NCBI GenBank assembly: GCA_030670615.1
Contig: DAOVBJ010000001.1
Location: 1-30,763 of the forward strand
DNA: 30,763 nucleotides
Direction of reading: 5' to 3'
Origin: Candidatus Bathyarchaeota archaeon
Lineage (GTDB): Archaea > Thermoproteota > Bathyarchaeia > RBG-16-48-13 > GCA-020355125
Position numbers and translations under genes: made by a program. Shown piece after piece: positions 10,687 to 17,144 of the stretch; the first letter of the stretch is position 1, and each line of letters begins with the position of its first letter. The notes under the pieces were generated by a model, which was not told the origin of the DNA, searched no databases, and saw nothing but the letters and a program-made list of their open reading frames with translations.

Positions 10687-11741
10687 ATCCGTCTCGATGC
10701 GATGCCCCCGTAGGGTCCGAAGAGGATCTGCCGAACATTGGGTCGTCGGATGATCTTCAGATCGTAGTTTTCAGACACGTAGCGTTGCATGGCTAAGACT
10801 TCATTCGCTGAGAACCTTGACAGGATGTGTGCCAATCGAAGGGTCTCGGGGTAACTGTCAACGATCAAGTCGCTGCAGAGGAGATTTTCCACGGCCTGGA
10901 CGCCAGCTGCCTGCGAGACTTGTCGATCGATGTCCAAGCGAAAGCTCAGGGTTCCAGGCGAGAGCTTTACGGCGTATATTTTGCCGAAGAAGCGGAGGTA
11001 TTTCCCGTACTGGACGCGGACGACGTCGTCGATGTCGAGGAGGCAAGGGGCATTCCCAGAATCTAGTAACGAGTCCATCCTTCTTCCGAAGGCGGAGATG
11101 GAAGTCTTCTTGGATAAAGCTAGGATCACGTTTCGGGCATCCCTTGCTCGCTTGAGAAGGCTGCTTAAAATGGATATTGGGTTGTTAACCGTACGGGTGG
11201 TCAGCGAGCCGTCCCAGAGAAGGAGGGATTCTCGACGCGATTCACTAAGCTGTTTCTGAAGCCACCGCTCAAGGATGTTTCGGATGTGTTCAGGAATCCG
11301 CTCCAGAATAGGCGCTCCAACTCCCTCGTTCACGTCGAAACACCGTTGACGCAAGGCATTGTACAAGAAGTTTTTATTGGCTTCGGTGATGTGGAAGATG
11401 AAAGGGCCGTGGCGAACGTATTGATAGGCCTTATTCTCTCTCCAGACGATGCTGCCCCGAATTGCACAGAGAAATCCTTCCTTCGTTTCTCCTAAATCGA
11501 TGTTAGAGGCGTCCACTCCGAATACGGGAACCTCCTCTCCTGGATTTAACAGCGTGATCGGTTTGAGGAAGCTGTTTCCAATGGTGGGGTCTAACTCCAA
11601 CTCGTCCGCGAAGTCACCGCCGTCAAGCCCGGGCACTGCCATCGCCCTCGAAAGATTTAAGTCCACCACCTCCTTCAAGGAGGTGTATCCTATTTCGACG
11701 AAATTCTCTGGTGTTATCTGGCTGAATTCAGCTATTTCCAT
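10683..11741 (-). CDS. nurA: NurA-family nuclease
   Basis: FGVDAS (first catalytic Asp), LLWDGSL (second Asp), LALSKKT, and C-terminal YPETLRLAH, typical of NurA; coupled to herA. Confidence 0.82.
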   Translation of the reverse strand: MEIAEFSQITPENFVEIGYTSLKEVVDLNLSRAMAVPGLDGGDFADELELDPTIGNSFLKPITLLNPGEEVPVFGVDASNIDLGETKEGFLCAIRGSIVWRENKAYQYVRHGPFIFHITEANKNFLYNALRQRCFDVNEGVGAPILERIPEHIRNILERWLQKQLSESRRESLLLWDGSLTTRTVNNPISILSSLLKRARDARNVILALSKKTSISAFGRRMDSLLDSGNAPCLLDIDDVVRVQYGKYLRFFGKIYAVKLSPGTLSFRLDIDRQVSQAAGVQAVENLLCSDLIVDSYPETLRLAHILSRFSANEVLAMQRYVSENYDLKIIRRPNVRQILFGPYGGIASRRI

Positions 11742-11815
11742 ATAACCGCATCCCTTGATGTGTGAATCGTAGCCATTTGACGTGTAAAGCGGAGGCTGGG
11801 GATTGAGAGTAAACT

Positions 11816-11824
11816 ACTTATAAA
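11816..11824. promoter_or_regulatory. Putative bidirectional TATA box (CTTATAAA on +, TTTATAAG on -)
   Basis: Lies ~25-30 nt upstream of the structured element at 11849 (+) and ~75 nt upstream of the nurA ATG (-). Confidence 0.5.
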
Positions 11825-11848
11825 GAAGATACGACTATCTTTAGTCTT

Positions 11849-11936
11849 GGTGCAGTGGGGAATCGTCAATATACCTAACCTCCTTTGCGATCAGTCGCAT
11901 GGGGTTCCCTTAAAACCCGATGCGAACCGCTGCACC
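11849..11936 (+). ncRNA. Candidate structured small RNA (three-way junction), family unknown
   Basis: Closing stem GGTGCAGTGG (11849-58)/CCGCTGCACC (11927-36); a G-U pair favours the + strand. Hairpin TCGCATGGGGTT (11895-906)/AACCCGATGCGA (11914-25). Bulged hairpin ATCG-T-CAA/TTGCGAT with a 15-nt loop. Upstream TATA at a suitable distance; no credible ORF. Confidence 0.55.
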
Positions 11937-11956
11937 CTCCGTTTTAGCGGAGGGTG
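11933..11956. terminator. Perfect 9-bp hairpin CACCCTCCG-TTTTAG-CGGAGGGTG (terminator, processing signal or alternative fold)
   Basis: Read directly; lies between the candidate RNA 3' end and the end of the convergent four-gene operon. Confidence 0.4.
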
Positions 11957-11992
11957 ATCGTACTTGCTTTCTACCTTCGACCTCCTTTCAAC

Positions 11993-12418
11993 CTACTTAA
12001 CTCGAATGTAGCCATATTCTCTACCTTCCTTAACCCGCCTCAACGCGCCCTTTTTCGTCAGGTCTGTGAGTCGTCCCTTCACGGTTCCAACAGGATAGTG
12101 GATGGCATTCACCTTCATGACTTCAAGGAGTTCCCTCAGCTTCCTAGGTTTTTCTTTGCCCCATTCGGTGGAGAGAATTTTAAGGATTGCTTCGGGACAA
12201 GGGGTATCGGGCTCGACGGAGATTGAAGGTATGCTTGCTTGTCTTAGAATCGTTGGTTCCGCGATGGGTTTTATGAGCGTAATGTTGAAGGCCTGGGTTA
12301 GTTTATCCATAATGTTGGAAAAGTTGTTTATCGCTTCCAACACATCTTCCTTGGAGCCACTCACCTCAATTTCATTGTTTCCGAAACGGATTTTGATGGT
12401 GAAAGGCAGGCTACTCAT
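11993..12418 (-). CDS. Winged-helix protein, paralog 4 of 4
   Basis: N-terminal FTIKIRFGNNEIEVSGSKEDVLEAI; C-terminal wHTH-like TVKGRLTDLTKKGALRRVKEGREYGY; ATGA overlap with the upstream paralog. Confidence 0.8.
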   Translation of the reverse strand: MSSLPFTIKIRFGNNEIEVSGSKEDVLEAINNFSNIMDKLTQAFNITLIKPIAEPTILRQASIPSISVEPDTPCPEAILKILSTEWGKEKPRKLRELLEVMKVNAIHYPVGTVKGRLTDLTKKGALRRVKEGREYGYIRVK

Positions 12419-12921
12419 CGGTGTCCCCTCATTTTCACGTTTTGAAGCACTTTCTCGGCTTCTTTGATTCCCAGACTCTTGATTTTGTACTCGCCTCTTC
12501 CAACCCTTTCCACAAGACCGTCGTCGATCATCCCCTTCAACTTGTTAAGAATCGTCTTCAAAGCCTTGCCACTAACGGTTGCGATTTGAGTGACGGACAC
12601 GGACTCCTCAGCGGACAATCCGAGCTTGTTTCCAACGTAGACTCCGAGAAGAGAAAGCACTATCGCTTCTTCTGACGTCAGATCCCTCGGAGTGAGGATT
12701 AATCCTTCCGAAGAATACTCTATCACGCCCTCCAATGCCTGGGCAAGCTTGATCAAGTCGGGCTTGAAGACCAGTCTACTGGCTAGCTTGAACGCAGGAT
12801 ACACTTTGTTGAGGAAGTCTATGAACGCGATTGAAACAACTTCGGGACTCCCCTCAAAGTCCGCCTTGAACTCCCCGTATTCCGCATGCACTCGCAGCTT
12901 TCCCTCCACCATTCTTGACAC
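12415..12921 (-). CDS. Winged-helix protein, paralog 3 of 4
   Basis: LRVHAEYGEFKADFEGSPEVV...; LEGVIEYSSEGLIL; KLKGMIDDGLVERVGRGEYKI. Start may be ATG at 12912 (GAGGGAG 8 nt upstream). Confidence 0.8.
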   Translation of the reverse strand: MSRMVEGKLRVHAEYGEFKADFEGSPEVVSIAFIDFLNKVYPAFKLASRLVFKPDLIKLAQALEGVIEYSSEGLILTPRDLTSEEAIVLSLLGVYVGNKLGLSAEESVSVTQIATVSGKALKTILNKLKGMIDDGLVERVGRGEYKIKSLGIKEAEKVLQNVKMRGHR

Positions 12922-12925
12922 TCCC

Positions 12926-13429
12926 TCACATGAACGATTTAATCTTGGGGAGAACCTCTTCAGAAAAGGACTTTATCCCATACGTGGTGATCCGGTACTC
13001 TCCTCGACCCGCCCGTTCAACCCAATTCATCTGCACTAGCTCACTGAGCCTTGCCGCTGATGAACTCGGCTTTCCGCTAGTTATGGATATAATGTCGGAT
13101 ATCGACATGATGTCCAAGTCCAGTTTTCCCAACTGATAGCCGATGTACGTCTTCACTAGGTGGAGGAGAATAACCTCTCGCTCCCCAAGCAACTCTTGGG
13201 GGATAATCACGATCAACCCTTCAGGCGTTATGGCGATGATGCCCTCAACCCCCTTCACCAGCTTTTCCAGGTCGGTGGTGAGGGTCAGTCTGGAAACCAA
13301 TTCGTAAGTGGGCAACATCTTGTTCAAAAACTCAAGAAAGAACCTGACCACCTCGTTAATGTCGCCCGAAAATTTGACTTCGAGGCCCCGATACGTCACA
13401 ACGACTTCAACAACTTCGTCTCCACTCAT
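12926..13429 (-). CDS. Winged-helix protein, paralog 2 of 4
   Basis: VEVVVTYRGLEVKFSGDINEVV...; VEGIIAITPEGLIV; RLSELVQMNWVERAGRGEYRI; clearly similar to paralog 3. Confidence 0.8.
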   Translation of the reverse strand: MSGDEVVEVVVTYRGLEVKFSGDINEVVRFFLEFLNKMLPTYELVSRLTLTTDLEKLVKGVEGIIAITPEGLIVIIPQELLGEREVILLHLVKTYIGYQLGKLDLDIMSISDIISITSGKPSSSAARLSELVQMNWVERAGRGEYRITTYGIKSFSEEVLPKIKSFM

Positions 13430-13445
13430 CTTTTGCTCCCCTACC

Positions 13446-13895
13446 TTACGTCTTAAGTTTTAAAATCAACTCTTTAATCCACTTCTTCCCCGCGACTGAC
13501 AATCGATATCCGCTGCCTTCCTTGATTATGTTGCCTTCCCTCCTCATTTCACTTAAACGCGAACCGTACCCCGATGTACCGTGGCCGCTGAGTGATAGGA
13601 GAGCACCGACCTCTTTAGGCTCCAAGGGGTTCGGGTTCTGAGAGTAGAGAAGGAGGCCAATGCCTTCTTTACTGCTGACCCGGTTCTTGGGGATTATAAG
13701 TTGAGGGCCTTCGGAGGAGACTTCTATGATCCCGCCCAACTCCTCTTCTTGACCTGTGTCCGTGGTTGACATCATTTTGTCGATGACGACGAGCCACTCC
13801 GGAAAGGCCTCTAATCCCTGAACCACCTCGTCCAAGCTGTCCCCTTCGACTTCGATGTTTCCGTAAGGACGCTTCACCGTCACTCGAATTTTCAT
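13446..13895 (-). CDS. Winged-helix protein, paralog 1 of 4
   Basis: IRVTVKRPYGNIEVEGDSLDEVV...; LGGIIEVSSEGPQL; RLSEMRREGNIIKEGSGYRLS. Confidence 0.8.
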   Translation of the reverse strand: MKIRVTVKRPYGNIEVEGDSLDEVVQGLEAFPEWLVVIDKMMSTTDTGQEEELGGIIEVSSEGPQLIIPKNRVSSKEGIGLLLYSQNPNPLEPKEVGALLSLSGHGTSGYGSRLSEMRREGNIIKEGSGYRLSVAGKKWIKELILKLKT

Positions 13896-13918
13896 GAATA
13901 AAGTATTTTTATCATCAC

Positions 13919-13965
13919 ATTTAAAAGTCTTTCGATAACGTTAATTTAACGTTAAATAACGTTAA
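13919..13965 (-). promoter_or_regulatory. TATA box (TTTTAAAT, 13926-13919) with three upstream tandem TAACGTTA palindromes
   Basis: TATA is ~24 nt upstream of the ATG at 13895 (leaderless geometry). TAACGTTAA at 13936, 13947 and 13957 (spacing 11 and 10 nt). Confidence 0.65.
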
Positions 13966-14090
13966 AAGTTAAGATGGCTCGGAAACCTCCGTTCACTTCT
14001 ATTTCTTATTCCCAAAAGGCGAAGTTCTATTATAACCCTGATTTTCTAAATGAAATCCGTGCTTTGCTAAGGAAGGGTTTATTTTAGTGT

Positions 14091-14440
14091 GATTGTGGAA
14101 AGGGTGACTTTGCGGTATGTAAGGATTAGATGGTGGATAGCTTATTCTGTAAAGATGGATGAGAATGCTGTTACAATAAGGGTTGGAAGACATGCACACC
14201 TACTGCAACGGACAGTGGTGAAAGAATATTCGCTTTGTAATGCCTTGGGAGTGGAAACGTGTGGTGATTATTGCGGAGATTGTTTGGTGTAATGCACGTT
14301 CTGTAATGGAAGAGGATGGAACTCATGTCCTTTCTGTAATGGAACAGGAGGGGGAACATAACTTTGTACTACTCGTGCTAGGCGATATAATAGTAATGAT
14401 TAGGTTTCTCCTCGTATCAGCTACACTCATAGTGGGCTAA
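14091..14440 (+). pseudogene. Decayed CxxCxGxG (DnaJ-type zinc finger) repeat protein with C-terminal hydrophobic segment
   Basis: Pieces across all three frames: FCKDG*ECCYNKGWKTCT / YCNGQW / YSLCNALG..CGDYCGDCLV*CTFCNGRGWNSCPFCNGTG / hydrophobic tail LLVLGDIIVMIRFLLVSATLIVG. Confidence 0.5.
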
Positions 14441-14616
14441 GAGTAATTGAGCGCTAGCTGAAGTCAAGGAAAGGAAACCATGAGCGATGATGAAGAGAAA
14501 GGCTAAAGAATGAATAGCTAGCTGTTATGGTAGCTATGGATTAGGTAATTCTTTCTTCATCCATTATCTTCTTTGTCGACAGTTACCTTATGTGTTTTAT
14601 CTTTATTCCCTATCAT

Positions 14617-15093
14617 TTATGGTGTTGCTGCCCAATCATTGGTTAGAAGCCAGGCAACTGTCTCTCCCTGTTTAATGATGTGACTCTCTGCTCCAGTTTG
14701 GCCAGACATCCATCTATTTTCAGTCTCATCCCAACTGAACCACAGCCAGTATTCTGGGCCATTTCCCTGTACTTCATTTATTGAGGTTACAAAGACGCCA
14801 AAGTCACTCCAACTTCCTTCGACTTTGCCACCGGTAGTTTTTAATGTGGCATTATATAGAGACCAACCTATTGGGATGATGGTCTGGTTGTGCCATATTT
14901 TTGTTCCATTGTTGTAATCTATTAGAGTGTTAAATTTGTAGGAAACGCCATTAAGAGACAATAAAGTGTTTGAATATTTTTCTTCTGTTGTTACGTAGTT
15001 TGAATAGTAAAAGAAGGATAGTGCTGACGTTATGACTAAAGCCGAAACCAAAACTAAAGAGATTGTAAACCAAATGTTTCTACCTGCATTCAA
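14617..15093 (-). CDS. Membrane-anchored DUF4430 (transcobalamin C-terminal-like) protein
   Basis: N-terminal TM helix, then FGVFVTSINEV...YWLW...W...GAESHIIKQGETVAW, typical of DUF4430. Confidence 0.75.
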   Translation of the reverse strand: MNAGRNIWFTISLVLVSALVITSALSFFYYSNYVTTEEKYSNTLLSLNGVSYKFNTLIDYNNGTKIWHNQTIIPIGWSLYNATLKTTGGKVEGSWSDFGVFVTSINEVQGNGPEYWLWFSWDETENRWMSGQTGAESHIIKQGETVAWLLTNDWAATP

Positions 15094-15099
15094 ATTTAT

Positions 15100-15747
15100 C
15101 TACCTCCATATTCCATCTTGTGTAGATTGCGTCTTTTCTAGCACTCGAACTAGAATGGGTACAACAGTCGCGAAGAAGAAGAAGTTAGATGCTTCATGAA
15201 TTATCCCAAGTGGAATTGGTACATTCATGGTCAGTAATCCGATCCATACTGATTTGTAAACGACTAGACCAACGATGGCATTAGTAATGAGATCGTAGGC
15301 AAGGGTGGCGAACAAACCCGCTGTACCATAGATTATATTACGTTCGAGGCCTTTGAACTTGCTCTTCGGGCTCCTTGAGGATGTTTTTCGTACAAGATAT
15401 CCAGCTACGACATATATGCTCTCGCTTATAATAACTGTAATGAGAACCGGTAGGGATAGACCAAAAGGGTTTAGTGTACCATAGACCAGCCACGAGATGG
15501 TGGCTACTGCTGCACCGGGGATTACCCCGAAGAACAGGCTTGTGGTAAAAACGATAGCGTCCATCAGGTTCACATTTGGTAGAGGGAGCATGGCATAGTT
15601 GGTTCCGATGCAGAGCGCTGCTAGCGTAGCGATGAGAGCGGTTCGCCTAGTGTTAGAGATTTTTAGAGCATTTGTCTTCTTTATCGTTGCAGCTGGTTTA
15701 TTGTTTTTCAATGGGTCTTCATGGTCTTTGCTTTTGAGCACCGACAT
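15100..15747 (-). CDS. ECF transporter S component, CbrT-like (cobalamin candidate)
   Basis: About six hydrophobic helices, ALIATLAALC (AxxxA-type helix), LPNVNLMDAIVF, DLITN; adjacent to a DUF4430 gene. Confidence 0.75.
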   Translation of the reverse strand: MSVLKSKDHEDPLKNNKPAATIKKTNALKISNTRRTALIATLAALCIGTNYAMLPLPNVNLMDAIVFTTSLFFGVIPGAAVATISWLVYGTLNPFGLSLPVLITVIISESIYVVAGYLVRKTSSRSPKSKFKGLERNIIYGTAGLFATLAYDLITNAIVGLVVYKSVWIGLLTMNVPIPLGIIHEASNFFFFATVVPILVRVLEKTQSTQDGIWR

Positions 15748-16093
15748 AAAATATGTAGGATATTCATCCTACATATATGTTTTATCAATAGAGAGCGAGG
15801 GAAACAAGGTTATCACTTATTGAGTTATACGAAATATTGGCGTAGGAAGAATGATTGAGATAAAGAGCAAGCTTACTCTTTCTTAAATGCGCATAAGTTT
15901 AGATCAAAATAAACTAGATGAAAGAGCCAGATAAGATGGACATGCAAATGGTGCTATACTCAGTCGATCTGGCTGACCCTGCTTTTGAGATTTTCGCCAA
16001 TGCTTACGGAATTATCTAAAAATTATTTTCTAATTGGATTTATTATGGATTTGAAGCTGTCGAGATTTAGTGTTTTTACATGTATATTGAAGG

Positions 16094-16353
16094 GTGTTCC
16101 CTCTCGCTGATGAGGACTTAGCTCTCTACACGGCAGTCCTCAACGCCTTACAAGCTGTAGTAAATATCAATGCGGCTTATTGGGTAGTATATACTTCGCT
16201 CCTCGTCGATGCAATTAAGGATGTGTACAGCAACGAAAACGACAACAATCGGTGGAGGGTGTACGCTATAAATGGAGTACACGCCTATATAAGTGCAGAC
16301 CAATATACCTTAAGGATGGAGATCAGTTCGAGTGGACGTATCAAAAGTATTGA
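16094..16353 (+). pseudogene. Frameshifted, 5'-degraded second DUF4430 gene
   Basis: LLVDAIKDVYSN...W..YAINGVHAYISADQYTL continues in another frame as KDGDQFEWTYQKY* (one base missing at ~16311); no clean N-terminus. Confidence 0.6.
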
Positions 16354-16976
16354 TCCCGACACACCGCTCCAGACGAATTCGGAGTCGAGGGACAACGAGA
16401 TCCGATATCAAGGAGCTTCTACTGCTATTAATTGTCGACCGAGAGGGGCCCATAGGACGTTATCGCCTCAAAGATATGCTCGGTCTCTCAGGCCACGAGG
16501 GATCGGTGCGGCAGATGCTGGTCAACCTCCAGAGCCAAGGCTATCTTGCAGCAAGTCGATCTGGATGCACTCTCACCCCCACGGGAACAACGTTCTTAGA
16601 GGCATGTTTGACTTCCAAACACATAGCAGCCATCAAAAGGGTTGGTGCTCAACTCTTAACAGTGGGTCCCGTGACCCTCGGCGTCCACCTCCAGAATAAG
16701 GCTGACCACATCGAATCTGCCATGAGCCTTCGTGATTTAGCCGTTAGAGGTGGAGCGACGGGAGCGACGATCCTTCTCTTCAAAGAAGGAGTGTTAAGCA
16801 TCCCCTCTGTTCATCCAGATTTTCTGTCCGAGCACCCTAACCTAATCAAGGAACTCCAAGAAACCTTCACCTTGGAAGAGGATGATGTCATCGCTCTTAT
16901 CTCAGCCGAAGACGAGTGGATAGGCGTTGAAGCAGCAATAACCCTCGCCGACGCTCTCTCCGGGAGCAAACGTTAA
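16350..16976 (+). CDS. DUF4443-like protein (N-terminal HTH + DUF4443 domain)
   Basis: GPIGRYRLKDMLGL HTH; LRDLAVRGGATGATILLF. Start proposed at TTG 16350, overlapping the TGA of the preceding remnant (ORF track uses GTG 16332). Confidence 0.7.
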   Translation: MIPTHRSRRIRSRGTTRSDIKELLLLLIVDREGPIGRYRLKDMLGLSGHEGSVRQMLVNLQSQGYLAASRSGCTLTPTGTTFLEACLTSKHIAAIKRVGAQLLTVGPVTLGVHLQNKADHIESAMSLRDLAVRGGATGATILLFKEGVLSIPSVHPDFLSEHPNLIKELQETFTLEEDDVIALISAEDEWIGVEAAITLADALSGSKR

Positions 16977-17144
16977 TTCCCACTATTCGTCATCCTAAAC
17001 AACCCTGCCAGCCTCAGAAAATTGGGGGCTCCCGAATTCGAAGGGTTTCACATAAACTTTGTAAACGTCAACATTATTAATTTGCTTTACCTAAAGCAGA
17101 GGTAAATTGAACGGGTTTTTCTCTTCCTCAGGAGAACATCGACT

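Noticed and set aside
11849-11936. tRNA (7-bp acceptor-like GGTGCAG/CTGCACC; GGTTCGCATC on the minus strand resembles a T-loop)
   Set aside because: No proper D arm, T-arm stem or anticodon arm; the invariant A58 position is C.
11849-11936. Cobalamin riboswitch on the minus strand (AAGGGAA and CCCCACTG-like words)
   Set aside because: Core spacing and the conserved GGTG..AA.TCC element are missing; the downstream gene is nurA; the G-U pair favours the + strand.
11954-13456. Plus-strand ORFs antisense to the four-paralog operon
   Set aside because: Shadow frames of clearly paralogous minus-strand genes, with no motifs.
13936-13965. CRISPR-like or replication-origin (ORB) repeats
   Set aside because: Repeats are 9 nt with no spacers, lack the ORB G-string, and there is no cdc6 or cas gene in the window.
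14480-14506. Mini-ORF MSDDEEKG after a purine-rich tract
   Set aside because: Too short to support; lies in decayed AT-rich DNA.
15748-16093. B12 riboswitch upstream of the ECF S gene
   Set aside because: AT-rich with no conserved riboswitch elements on either strand.
16094-16699. 201-aa ORF as one protein
   Set aside because: Chimera of the DUF4430 remnant and off-frame read-through over the DUF4443 gene.
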